Positions 38,001 through 50,750 of a stretch of 64,000 nucleotides of DNA are shown piece after piece; position 1 is the stretch's first letter, and each line of letters starts with the position of its first letter. The DNA lies in assembly GCF_009834535.1 (NCBI RefSeq), contig NC_045698.1:15688001-15752000 (forward strand), read 5' to 3'. Made by a program: the position numbers and the translations under genes. Source of the DNA: Camelus ferus (lineage: Eukaryota). A model generated the notes under the pieces. The model was not told the DNA's origin. It did no database searches and saw only the letters and a program-made list of their open reading frames with translations.

Positions 38001-39154
38001 TACGTTTTTTCTCATTAATGTATCTCTTCCATCAGCCCATCTTCAGTGCTTTTGTATTTCTATGAGGGTTTTATTTTTTTGTTGTTGTATAACTTTACTA
38101 CTTACTAAAAATAGGCTTGATGGGAATAACTCACTAAGCTTTTATTCGTCATTATAATCATTGGGTTACTTAATTTATTCGTATCTTTTTTCAAAAGCTA
38201 ACACATAGTAAATTCTGAATGGGTAAAATACATGGCTGAACAAGATATGTATAAGGGCAGAAACCTAAGTGTCACAAAAAAAATAGTACAAGTGTTGTTT
38301 GTTGGGGTTGGAAGGATATAATAGACCCCTGCTTTTTTTAAAGATATTTCATTGAGGGCATTAACATCCAAAAGTAAAAAGGAGTCAGAAATTTGAAGTT
38401 TTTCTGGTTTTCTAGGGATATCAGTTTTGGGAAATAGAATATGTTGAATGATTCAATTGACTTTCCACATTCCATTTTACTGACATTTGCTGAATATCTT
38501 ATTCTTTTAGGCAGTTGTACTTCTTTGACATTTTTTAAGTCTCACAGCAATTCTAAGTTGTAGGTATAACTGACCTTAATGAAATAAGTGACTAAATTTG
38601 AGCTAGGAGAGTTTGTGTTATGTGTTCAAATTTAAATAAGTAAGAGGTGGTAAGTAAAATGAGGAATACAAATATATATATTTGCTTTCCACCAAAACAT
38701 TATTCTCTTCAATCCACTCCTGAACTGACTTTTCTGCATTAAAGAAATATATCTAGTTTATTGTACAACTCATTTTCTGGCAATAGAACCACCAGTTCAC
38801 TGAATCTGAGAACTGGTGACACATTCCTTGCCATAATGATAACCTTAAAAGTAAGATTTTTTTTCTAACCTTCAATTTGATTGAACCATAAAATCAACAT
38901 TTATCTTATTGTAATTATTGTGGGTAGCTACAGTTAATCCAAATTTTAATTAAGCAGCAGTCTAAGGTCTTAGAATTCATAAAAATCTCAAATCAAATGT
39001 TAGTAGATATATACTTAAAAATAGGTGCTGTCAGAGGTAAATGCACACATTTTCTTGCTAGCTTTAAAAGTTAAAATTAGATATGCTTGCACATTATTTA
39101 GACAGAAACAATTTAAGCATATCCAGTCCAAAAGCTAGCATGGTCCATTTAACA

Positions 39155-39389
39155 GCATCCTTGACAGGGAATCAGGCCTTTGCTTCTATTCCTGGCTACA
39201 TGCTAAACCAGTCATCCAGTTTTAGCAAGTAGCTCAATGGTTCTGTACAACAGTGTCGTTATCGCCAACACTGAGATAATAACTCTGACCTACCGCACAG
39301 GAATCTGTAATGATTAATTGGATAATGTCTGTTAAGTGCTTCTAGCTACTTAGAATAAATGTACTATGTGGCTATTAAGAGTTGTTATT
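39155..39389 (+). mobile_element. CORE-SINE resembling the amniote-wide MIR type (MIR1_Amn-like)
   Basis: GATAATAACTCTGACCTACCGCACAGG...GATTAATTGGATAATGTCTGTTAAGTGCTT...TACTATGT...GTTGTTATTA; the tail resembles sauropsid-shared MIRs more than eutherian MIR/MIRb. Confidence 0.6.
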
Positions 39390-39574
39390 ATAAGATGTTG
39401 CTTCAGTGTTATATCAGTGACTGCTCCATGATTATAAGAAAAATTACTTCCTCTGATAATATGAGTGCATTACATATTGATCTAGAAATATATCCTTTGG
39501 AATACATTTAGACTTTCTGAATGAGCTAAGCAAAGAACAGCATTCTACAGTTGTTTTTTTTTTTTTTAAGTTGC

Positions 39575-39795
39575 ATATATAATAGTGTTCGTTATCTGCC
39601 AGGCACTCTTTTAAGTGCTTCATCCCAACAATAATTCTGTAAATGTCATTTGCTAAGTTTTTATATGGGGAAGCTGGGGTGCTGACACTTAAATGGTTGC
39701 CCCAGGGTCACCCAGCTAGTAAGTAGTAGAGTCAGTGCACAACACTTAGAACTCTGACTTCAGACCACCCGTGCTTAACCATATCATTGTACTGT
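39575..39795 (-). mobile_element. MIR SINE
   Basis: TGCCAGGCACTCTTTTAAGTGCTT...TTGCCCCAGGGTCACCCAGCTAGTAAGTAGTAGAG...TCTGACTTCAGA...GTGCTTAACCA. Confidence 0.88.
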
Positions 39796-40184
39796 GCATC
39801 TCTTATGTTCACGTTTACATTTCTACTTATCACTTTGCTCAAGAAGGTGGAAGGGTTTGGTTCTATATCATCTGCTTATCAATCTCATCGAAGAGAAATT
39901 ATGCAAAATTAGTCCAAAAAGAGCCACCGGAAAGAGCGGACTAAAAACTTAAGGAAGGACTGAGGTATGAGGAAGGCAAGAGCGGGAATTACAAATGTTT
40001 AGCCTGCATTTTCTTTTCCATATTCTATCTGCCATTTATTTCCCATTCTTTGAGTGGTCTTTTTAAATTTGGTGTAATTTTAAATTTAGATATTCCAAAT
40101 ATTTTAAATGCAGAAAAAAATTGATGCTATGTGAAGTTATTTTATAGCATCAGGGAAGGGAACAGATATTTTCTTCACTAATCT

Positions 40185-40515
40185 TTTATCCATTAGGATA
40201 ATTTGGGCTGTAAGTAAAATAAAACCCCAACGCAATGTGTTTAAGACCATAAAATAAATTATGTTTTGAAATCCAGATATAAGGTGGTTTAATTTAATTT
40301 TTAATGCAGCATCTCAAAATCATCATCAAGGACATGGACACTTTCCACATTTCTTTCCACATTTCTCTTCTATATTCTTCACATTCTGCCTGGACTACCT
40401 TTCTTTGAATCCCATGGCTTCATGAATAAATGTGGTTTCCTGAACACAGTTAGTATTCTCTTAACAATGTAGAAGTGGGATGTCTATTGGGTAGACAATT
40501 GTATAGAGTCTGCTA
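40185..40515 (-). mobile_element. Old MaLR LTR, MLT1J/K-like, internally deleted
   Basis: TTGGGCTGTAAGTAA, CATCAAGGAC, and end CTATTGGGTAGACAATT...GTCTGCTA (reverse complement of the MLT1J start). Confidence 0.7.
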
Positions 40516-41351
40516 TTCTTACATTTTACAGAATGTACTTCCTTTTTTTCCCCTATCCTTGCTATACCTAATGTGAGAATAAATGTACTTAAGTGCTATT
40601 AATTTTAAACATGTCTTTATGCAAGTTTTACATAGCAAAATGGCAGAAAAGTTTAGTCCATTAGATTCTGTGGCACCACATTGATCTGAATTTTCTCTTA
40701 ATTCTGTGACTCTGTGGGTGATCCACAACCAATCTTTCTTCAAACTCAAATGCAGACAGTACTTAAGATTCAATAATCAGACTCAATGACATTTATGTCT
40801 GATGTGCACATTCTTCTAGACATCTTATCAACATGTAGACTTCAACATATACACAAAAGTAAAACATTTTACCTAACTTGTTTGTTCATTTCCAGGTTCT
40901 TTTCTCTCTAACATATTATGTACATTTTGGTTTTAAAATTTTTATTCAGCATAATTTTGGTGAAGTGTTATACATATATATTGTATGTATACATTTAGAC
41001 TAAATATATACATATAAACACACGTCTATATATATTACTTAGTCCTGGAATGGACTCAAGGGAAATCTAAGCCTAACTCTCTACCATACTTATATCAAAT
41101 TTTTTGAAGCATTACTTGATTTTCACAATATTGGTTAACATTTCCTTTCTATGCAATAGCAAGATATGGTTTGTACTGATTTTATTGCACTGAGAGTCTG
41201 CTGTGTGCTGTAGCTATTCATATAATTATATTGCAACTCCTACTAGACTATAATAATAAAGGCACAACTAACATTTACATAATGTATAATTTCCTCAGTA
41301 TTTTCCATGGTACAATAATTTTTTGCAGTGCTAATAGGTATCATATGATAA

Positions 41352-41553
41352 AGGACTTCAGTTAAATAAATCTGGAGAATACTATTTTAAACAAAATTGT
41401 TGAGCCTGTAAAAGTTAAAATGCAATATGCAACTCCAAGTTAAATGAATATAGTATACCTCATTTCCCAAATGAATTTGACCAGGAGTCACTTTTTTTTT
41501 CTGTTGAGCCCATAGCAATGTTAATGTTCTATGAAATACACTAGGGAAGTGCT
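41352..41553. mobile_element. Charlie4-like hAT MITE
   Basis: TTAAATAAATCTGGAGAATACT, CATTTCCCAAATGAATTTGACCAGG, GTTCTATGAAATACACTAGGGAAGTGCT. Confidence 0.6.
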
Positions 41554-41798
41554 AATGTCACAATCTGTAATTTATAAATGTTTTCAAAATGTATTTCATC
41601 TGACTTTGGCTAAACATTTGAGGTAGTTATATCAAAAATTGACATTACCCTCATTCTACTATTGAGGAAGTTGAAGTTAAAAATAGGTTTCATCACAGAT
41701 TTGAAGCTTAAATAGGTTTAAACTTCAACTAAATCCTGTGGTTTCTTCATTACATTATTCTAAACACATGGATATATCTTCATTTTCTTTTTATGTCC

Positions 41799-41819
41799 TT
41801 CAGCACCACGGACAACACC
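41799..41819 (+). promoter_or_regulatory. RE1/NRSE silencer motif (REST/NRSF site)
   Basis: TTCAGCACCACGGACAACACC vs consensus TTCAGCACCACGGACAGCGCC: 19/21, with the first 16 bases exact. Confidence 0.75.
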
Positions 41820-43419
41820 TTGTTCTGCACCTGGGACTATGCAAATACTAAAATAAACTTGCTTCAAATTTCATTTGACTTAATAGTAAATTATTATTAA
41901 AACAAAAAATATGTAAGCAATAAATATCACTATGTATCTAACATTTTATGCAAATATTGATATAACAAAATTATTTTTATTCAAGATCCTATGGCATTTC
42001 CAAAAGCTTGTCAAAACTGAGATTAAGTTATGCCCACTTTTCTATCAAAAGTACAAGTCTAGAATTTAGTGAGAAATCAGATGTAAATCATGAATTGTAA
42101 AATCTGTTCTGACATAGCTCTGGGTAAGAAATAGGATGATTAACTCAGACCATAATGAATATTGATGGAGTTCTACCTGTTCTATTAAGTGAACCACAGG
42201 AATTAGTCAATATCATTTGTCTTGGGGACAAGTAAAGATTAAGCCAAAGTACACTTTAAAAGGCTATATTAATATGGATTTGTAAGTAACAAGAATCCCC
42301 CCCACACTTGTCATTAATAATAAAAAATTAAACATTTTATATAGATGCTTAACTACATATACACCTGGTGTCAACCCACTTTGCAACTCTGGAAGCTTTA
42401 ATCAAATATCATAAGTTATATTAGCTATAAAATAAATGTGCTATTTTATGGATATAAGACACTGGGAAGCATCTCAGTGCCTTAATAACTTTATTTAGTT
42501 TCTTTATTAGTTTTCCCTTCTTTCTACAATATTATTATCATAAATGGTCTATATCTAGTTATCTGGAGTTACACTGAACATCTCAACTAAATATTAAATA
42601 ATTAAAATATGTATTAAATGATTAATGTTTATTTCTCAATCAATTAGACATTTCAGATAAAAGACAAAAATCCTTGGCTTTGTGAATTATATAGAAAATA
42701 AACTCATTTCTTTCTCTTAGGCTGAATAGATTCTCTGAATTATACCTGGTTTCATAGATTGTCCATATTTTGATACTTACCACATGTGATAATATTAAAT
42801 AGGGAAATTTAATGTACAACCAAATTTTCTTTCTGCACAAGTAGTGAATCTTTTATCCTCTGTCAGATTTTGGAAAAACATACGTTTATAATACAAAAAA
42901 AATTGTAGTGTCTTCTGTCTATTAGGTTATTCTGCTAAATGCTGGAAGCATACAGAAGTTCAAGATCAAAGGGAAAATTGATACAAAACTATTTGGAAAA
43001 CCTGAGGAAACAAACAAAATATGTATGTATTTCTTTCCCTATTTTCTAGGTCTAAGTTTTCCTCAGTAAGAAAAAGTTTTCCTTACTCAGAAAAAAAGTA
43101 AATTTTAATAGCTAAAATCAGAGAGGATATGGAGTCACTAAAAAAAAAAAATGTAACAAAGAATTTTTAGGTTGAATGGGACACTACTGAAAAGGAATTT
43201 GTAGAGGCGACATCTATGTAGGTCAAGTTGCAATGGGAAGTAAAAATGCCAATGGGAGAAAGAAGTCTAATCAGGCTGAGGAGAGACAAATCTGGATACC
43301 CCTGGAGGCTTATTTCCTTCACCCTTTCAGTGACTTTAACTGGCTCAGCTCATCTTAAGTAGCTTAAGAAAAAAATATACCAGAGGCAGAGCTCAGGAGC
43401 TTTCTCCCTTTAACTGGGC

Positions 43420-43487
43420 CACTTCCTCAACCAGGAAGCACCAATCATAACAGAATTCGTAGATGTTTTGCTCCCGCCCCCTAAAAA
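43420..43487 (+). promoter_or_regulatory. Promoter-like motif array (ETS, ETS, CCAAT, GC box, TATA-like)
   Basis: CACTTCCT 43420-43427, CAGGAAG 43432-43438, CCAATC 43441-43446, CCCGCCCC 43473-43480, TAAAAA 43482-43487. Confidence 0.35.
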
Positions 43488-43949
43488 CCCAGAGACCATT
43501 ACAGGGGTTGAGTCTTTCTATTTGCACCTTTCCTGCAGTGATTCCAGTCCAGTTGTATCTGATCTTAGCCTGTCGCTATGGATTAGTGAGAGACTGGGGA
43601 TCATATTAGTTGTGTTACTTCTCAGCTTCCATATTTTCCCCAAATAATTATTCATATATATAATTCTATTTTATACATGCACTGTATGGTGCTATTTCTG
43701 TGTCTGTTCATGGTTCCTATATTACAGGACAATATTCTTATATCTAAATATAGTATCAAAATATTAGTATTTCATGTTAAATGAAGATTCAAAGACATAC
43801 GAATTCCTTCACTGTTTTCTTTCCTTTTTTTTCCCTTTTGGAAATATGTTTCAAGTTAAGATTTTACTGATTAATATAGAGTATCTTAATCAATGTATTT
43901 TAGTGAATAGCCATTCTTATTCTTGAAATAACTATGTTCAGATGGTCAT

Positions 43950-44620
43950 ATTTTCTACATGACATCTGTTCCATTAGCTCATATTTTGCTTTCTTCCTGC
44001 CTTCCTCACCTGAATAACCAGCAACCCAGTTTCTTCATACCAAATGATAAATGCTACCTTCTATTCCTTCTTTATCCATGCTAACAACAGGTGTAATTGT
44101 TTCTATCTCAAATATCTTCTTGATGCTTCCATTTGACTCCATCTTCCCATTATAAATACCCTACTCCAATTTATCATCACTTTCAACCTGGACTGCATCC
44201 CTCTTGGCCTCCCTGCTTCCACTTTACCTCTCATCAAACCAAACCTCTTCTACAGGGAAGCTGAAGCAATTTAATTAGACAATAACACTGTTCTTCTGCT
44301 AGGAGTGAAATCCAAACATAGTCCTGATAGGATCTGACTGTTCTCTGCCTCTTTTACTTCACCAGCTACTCCCCTCCCCCTGCTTCTCTCACTAGCCTTC
44401 AGCCCTGTTTCTCAGGAATGCCCTTCTCCCTTAGACATCTTCATGCTTTGTCCTTTTACTTCTCTCAGGCCTCGACTCAAATGCCACCTAATCAGAGAAG
44501 CCTTCTCTCACCACTGAATCTCACACACAGGCACACATTCTCACACTGTCCTCTTACTGTTTTATTTTTACTCTATAGAATTTATAATAACCTGATTAGT
44601 TGTTTGCAGGAAGTTTGACT
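43950..44620 (+). mobile_element. L2 fragment
   Basis: ATCACTTTCAACCTGGACTGC...CTCCCTGCTTCCACT; CTCAAATGCCACCTAATCAGAGAAGCCTTCTCT. Confidence 0.7.
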
Positions 44621-45989
44621 TTTTCGTTTATGAGTGCACCCTCTGTACTTAAATGATTGTAGGCTCCAAAGAAATATTCATTAATCTGTTTATATGTCAC
44701 ATGGTCATGTTTCATAGGTCACAGTTCACCAGAATCAACAAATTGTGTATAATTGCTGTAGGGTCTACTTTTCCAAACAGAAATGGCTTTGCTTTTGTTG
44801 TTGTTGTTGATGTGTTGTTGTTGTTGTTAACTGTATTTATTTTTTAAATGAAATGAGACTATACTGAAAAAAACAAGGGGCATCTTCTAATTTGCATGTG
44901 GGAATCACCCAGTAGAACTTGTTGCTTAAAAAGCGTGGCCTCACAGAAGAAGAGAGTGTGAATCCATGCTCAAATTATGTAGCACAACAAGTAGATAAAG
45001 TATCAACTTAGAAAATTCCATGAATTCTTTGGAAGTCCAACTATTTATAGAAAATCCATATTTAAGCACAGACTTTAACATGGAGTTACTTTTCTGTGGC
45101 ATCTGTATGTAGCTTTGGAGGTTATTAAAGCTACATATAGATTGATTTCTGTGTTTAGAAATTAATCACACACAGGGCTGAATTACAGCCATCGTGACCA
45201 CTACCTGACAGCAAACCTGCTCTGAGAGACTATGAAAAGCTGACGAGAACCTACCACCTACCAGGTAGCCAGACACTTACACAGACACACAACCCACAGA
45301 CAGGTTGTGTCCCGTGTTCTTTTCTCTAAAAACAGTATCTAGAATTTTCTCTTAGCCTTCCCAACTCTTTGTAAGGTTTTACATAGAACAGAGAGATCAT
45401 TTGAACTGACAAAAAGCAGCTAGCATTAATAAACATAGCTCTGTCAACTCTTAATTCCAAGAATAACATAACATTTTATTGCATTTAAATAAAGCTAAAG
45501 CAGGCAAAAGGAGATGTTGGTATCACTACTGACAGTGAAATAAAGAAAATAATTTGACTCCTATACACTTTTCCAGCTACATCTTTCTGCTTGGGTTTGC
45601 CTCCCCAGCATGCTCCAGACACCAAAATATTCAAGACACCAAAACATAATTATAAATCTTAAGGCTTTCCTTCACTACTATAGGTTTAATTGGTCAGGCC
45701 TCTCTGCCTAGCAGAATTTTAACACCTCTCCCTTTTTCTGGCTAACTTCTACTAATATTTCAAACTAGATATCAAAGTTAAACTTCTCCAGATGGCTATC
45801 TTTACCCCACTAGTCCAAATTATCCATAGGACAGTGGACTCGACTCAAAGACCATGAATATCCTGGGATATCATTAACTTATTCATATGCTCATTAAAGC
45901 CTTCCTTGGATTACTGTGATAATTATTGCTATAAAGGATATTATTTATCCCCAGAATTATAAATATATATAAAATAGTAATACTTTTGC

Positions 45990-46275
45990 AAGAAATTTAT
46001 TTTTAATATCTACTTTTCTGGTATTTAAAACCACTTTTTTTCCTGTTAAAAACAATACTGAAATGAAATGAACATCTCATTCATACACTTTGTACCTTTT
46101 TCTGATTATTTCTATAATTAAATGTTTAGAAGCTGAGATTGCTGGATACTTGCTGTTAGTATTTAGCACACATTGTCAGGTTGCCATTCTGAAAGTCTGT
46201 ACCAACTCCTACTCTTACTGATAAGTCCTATGGGGATGCCCTTTGCTCCCAAGTACTCCAAACTCTGGGTATTAC
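45990..46275 (-). mobile_element. Ancient L1 (L1ME-like) fragment
   Basis: ATGAACATC...TAGAAGCTGAGATTGCTGGAT...TTGTCAGGTTGCC...GAAAGTCTGTACCAA...CTGGGTATTA. Confidence 0.65.
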
Positions 46276-46534
46276 GAATTGGTTTAACTCCACAATACCG
46301 AGAAACAATCTATGTTGTTTTGTGGGTCTTTCATACCAAAAGGAGACTGGAAAATAGAAAAGAAAGCCTTAATATTATGATTTGGGGATGAAAGGATCTT
46401 TCCTTCTCTAGTTTATGCATATCTACTTCAAATTTGATTTAATGAATAGATTACACATTTTGATAACAACAAATGCAGTAAAATTACTTCCATTTGAAAA
46501 CCTCTTTAATGGTTTAACTCTGAAAAGGTAATCT

Positions 46535-46740
46535 TGCACAATGGTTAGGATTGTGAGGTGAAGACTCAAATGGACCTGAGTTGAAATTCAAGCATATACA
46601 CTTGAAACACAGTTCATCATCTGGAATATAAGGGTGATAATATCTACCCTCCTTAGGGTTAAAAATGATCTCATAAATGTTGAGGACCTAGAGAAGTACT
46701 CAGCACATCTTAGACAGTCAATAAATCATGGCAATAGGGA
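46535..46740 (+). mobile_element. MIR fragment
   Basis: ATGGTTAGGA...GACCTGAGTTGAAATTC...CAGTTCATCATCTGGAATATAAGGGTGATAATATCTACC. Confidence 0.65.
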
Positions 46741-48379
46741 AACTGATGATGAGTGTAGCATTCAGACTGTGCATTCATCACTACAAAGTGGAATTCATCT
46801 CTCTGTGCTTGGACATCTATTCCTTATGTTGTTTTCCTCTGAGGATAATGAATGTAAGGAAACAAAACTAATTTGAATGTGATTATTTGTGTTGCTATCA
46901 AATATGGGTTTATGACATCTTATACACTGTTTTTGAAGCAGATTAATTGCATTTTCCCAATAAGAAAAGATTTAGTACTACAAATAGAAAACACTTAAAG
47001 CTTTTTGGAATTTGCCTTAAAAGTATTTAATTGAAATTAAATATAGACTATGATATTTTGCTCATTATCTTAAAGTTAGAAGACAAATTAAATGGTTCAG
47101 AAGTTAATTATTTTAATACAAATCTAAAATTCGAATTAAAATTTTCTAAAATGCAGTACATTAAAAAGATTGTTATTCAGTTAAAAGTTAAAAAAAACTT
47201 GATAAGTTATGGTATAAAAGTCCTATGTATTAGAATGTTTTAAAAATGTTTTTAAATTTGATCATTCCCACTGGCTAAAAATCAAGAGTGCTGCAGAATT
47301 AAACACAGACATCATAAACAAATTCAAAATAAATTCACACCTAAATTAAATGACTGATCGAAATTTCCCTTCCATCTATTAACTGAATACCTCCAAAGTC
47401 CTAGACTTTAGAGACATGAAAGTATTAAGAGTGCGATAATTCTGTCATCTGCAACTTAAAGGATGAGTAGTATTAGTTGCCCAAACAAACTGAGTGGACA
47501 GGTATTATCAAGCAGAGGAAGAAACTAACACGTGTAAACTGAGGAGGGAAATTCAAGGTACAGACAGAGCAACTGTGGTTGTTGTGTGGGAAGCCTGCCT
47601 TGGAAGACAGTGAGCCCAAACCAGAAAGGTAACTGAGGATGGGTTATGTTAAAGAGATTGAATCTCACTTCCATCATTTCTCAAGGAACTTGGATGCTCA
47701 GAGACTTTCTCTCTCCCACAACATCTATTATGAATACGGATGACATAAGAAATAACCTAGAATCTCCATTATTTGATGGCTTAATCTTGCTACTTTTTCT
47801 ACCTAAACCACCCTACAGTCACTCACTTTCCTGAATACTTCTTTTAGCTACACTTCCAGGAGGTGACATTCTCATCTACGTGGTAGAAAAATCTAGATCT
47901 ATATTTTAGAAACTACCTCACCTTTCTTCCCCAAACATACAAGTTCATCTAAATCTACAAAGAGCTTTTTTTTTAAAAAAAAAAAATTCCTTTTGTGGTA
48001 GGTGAATCATCTATTCTCCTATATAAGACAATTCTTTCACTAAAGTTTTTAATACTTGATGGAAAATTTAATTTTTTGAATTGGAATGCCTTTTAGGACA
48101 TACACCTCAGTTACCCACAGAATCTACAACAACTTTTACTGCTTTAGAGCTGGTTGTTTTGCCTATATGGGGTTTAATTTTTTGTTAGACATATAATGGC
48201 ACATAACTTGGGGCATCTTGAACTACATTTTCTCCCTTTTGCATATTTGACCCTGATTTCTTAACCAAATCTTTTCTCTGGGATGAAAACCCATTCAAGA
48301 CATTCAAATACATAAACAAACAGACTTTCTGATGGACAGTACATCATCCTCTCTTCTCCCTGGCAGGCAAAATTATCAA

Positions 48380-49780
48380 GAAGCATCATGCACTGTCTGA
48401 ATCTCCATCTACTTTCTATCTCACTGACATGCTTCACTTTTCCTAATTCAACTTCAGATTCCTATTACTTACAAAAGTTGTTGATAAGGTCATCCATGCA
48501 GCTCCAAATCTAGTAAACACTGGCTGGCTTTTTTGGACTCACACCCCTAAAGATACTTGATCTCTCCCTTCCCCTTGAAACTTCCTCTCCCATTTTTCAC
48601 AGGACACTCCTGTCTTTCCCTATTTCATCCTTCTCCCTCCTCCCTTTACAGTCTTCTTAGGCTTATCATCTTCTGTACAGACCTTAAGTGATGGAATTCT
48701 TGACGACTCATCTTTGGCTTTCTCCTCTTTGATATTCTTTCCCCATAGAATCACATTTACACCTAGAGTGCTAATGATCATTTGTGTGCCAATGTCTCCA
48801 AAATTTACATTTTAATCTAGGTTTTATTTACACGTTTATGTATGGTATAAAATTGTCAGTTTTATGCCATAAGTTCAGCTGTTCCCATATATTCTTTAGC
48901 ATCATCATGTTTTATGTTGTGTAGGCGTGTTAAATCCAACGTACACAAAAGCAGATATTATCACGTGACCTTGTTTTTCCCTCCAAGATCTGCCTTTTCC
49001 CTTAGTCCCTGTTTTCAAAGAATGGTATCTACATTCATCCATTTCTGCACGACAGACAGCCAGGAGTCTTCCTTGGTGTCTCCCTCTCTCTCATTCTTCT
49101 CTTCCTCCAGTCAGTCCATTAACAAGTACCTTAAAATGCTGAGGCACAAAGTAAAAATCTGCTTCTAAACTCTCCCTTAAATTTCACTGCTTCTCTTTGT
49201 AACCGTTTTAAGCCTCACATCCCACACTATCTTTATCTCTTGTCAATACCTTCTATTCAGTCTCCCCACATCCACCTTGGCCTCTTCCAATTTGTTTTCT
49301 AAGCATATCACCTTTCCCTCTACCCTTGAACCCTTCAATTGATTTCCTCTGAACTTAGGATGAAGATCAGACTTACGATTTTTACAAGCCCTGAATAATC
49401 AGTTACGATCATATATTTGTCCTTTGCGTTCACGTGCTGGCCTTTCATTTCTTTAAATATTCTGAGCTTCTCCCTATTTAAGGGATTTTTGTTCAATTCA
49501 TTTCTTCTGTTTGATGTTTTTCTTCTTCTAGCCTAGCTTTTATCACTCTTCAGTTTTCTACTTAAAGTCTCCTTGCCTGACTTCCCACACTCCTCAGGTC
49601 ACTTCACTATACGCTTTTAACACAAATTAGGCTGTAATTTTACATTTATTTGACAGGTTATTTGCTTAAGGTTCCTCTCAGTCACCCTGTAAGGGCAGCT
49701 TGAGTGTCACCACAGTTTCTTCCGTCCTAGCCTGGTAGATACTTCAGTCTCCAGAAGTCCCCACCTGAAAGAATGAATAT
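48380..49780 (+). mobile_element. Long degenerate L2
   Basis: C/T-rich; CTCCCTTCCCCTTGAAACT, GTGCCAATGTCTCCAAAATTTACAT, CACATCCACCTTGGCCTCTTCCAAT; ends AATGAAT. Confidence 0.7.
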
Positions 49781-49799
49781 TTACTCCATTGTACTGAAA

Positions 49800-50750
49800 G
49801 GTATTGGAGATTATGCAGGGGAGGGTAGGAATGTGGTTAAGTTTTTTGTTCTTCAAAATTATGCGCAGCAGGAAAATAAAAGAAACTGTAGGAGTGAGGG
49901 TATTCTAAAAACAGGAGTATTTGTTAGGAGGTTATTTTAATAGTCCAGGCTCTTGCCTAACTGGAGGATACTGACTAAGGCAATAGCAATTTGATTAAAG
50001 AGGAGAAGGTGAAACTGAGGAATATTTATGAGATTAATGCACAGCTTTTCTCTCACTGGCTGAGTTGGACCAGAGAAAAGGCAAGCCACCAGAGCAAATG
50101 ATTGGCCTTATAAATTGTAATCAGATGTGGAGAAGAAGGAGCAGAATTCTTAGGTACATTTTACAAAGGCTGAACTTAAGTTGTTTGACAGAGAGAAGGC
50201 AAGAAGGATATGGAGATAAAAACATATTGCTCAAAGAGAGCAGTCGGCTGGTGAAACCAATTTGGGAGTCACGGGGACAGGTAGCAGATAAAGCCGTGGA
50301 TGTGCTGAGAACACAGAGAGATTGAGCCATGGGGATACATTTTAGGAGAAAGGAGGGCTTTGAGCCCAAGGAATTGAGTAAGAAATGACTACAGGTGTAG
50401 AAAGAAATCAAGAGGAGAGCCGGGCACTGACAAGCAAACAAGGTGCGGCATTTGAGAAGAAAGTGGTGACATCAAGATGTGGCCTAGACACAACCCTGTC
50501 CGTGACATTTGGTGATTAGAATTGCCTTCCGCAATTATCCAGTGTATCCGTACTGCAGTTAAAGAGAGAGCAATGAAGCTAGTCGAGCTGAAAAGTAAAT
50601 GGGACAGAAAGCACCAGAAGTTAGACCACAAACTATTCTTTAAGCATTTTGGGTTGGAAAAGAGAAGAGCACTATGTTGGCAGGTAGATCGGAAAGCAGG
50701 GAAGGTGAGTGTCTTCCTCTTGTGAAATTCAATGAAACACACATATTTTA
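49800..50750 (-). mobile_element. Degenerate L2
   Basis: GTTAGGAGGTTATTTTAATAGTCCAGG (reverse complement of the L2 CCTGGACTA..CCTCCTAAC motif); purine-rich L2 body. Confidence 0.7.

Noticed and set aside
38790..38818. 9-bp inverted repeat CACCAGTTC/GAACTGGTG as MITE ends or a terminator
   Set aside because: Stems this short are expected by chance in 64 kb; no TSD or further structure.
2960..44900. Enrichment of octamer ATGCAAAT/ATTTGCAT motifs
   Set aside because: Scattered singletons; several are expected by chance at this AT content and some lie in repeats.
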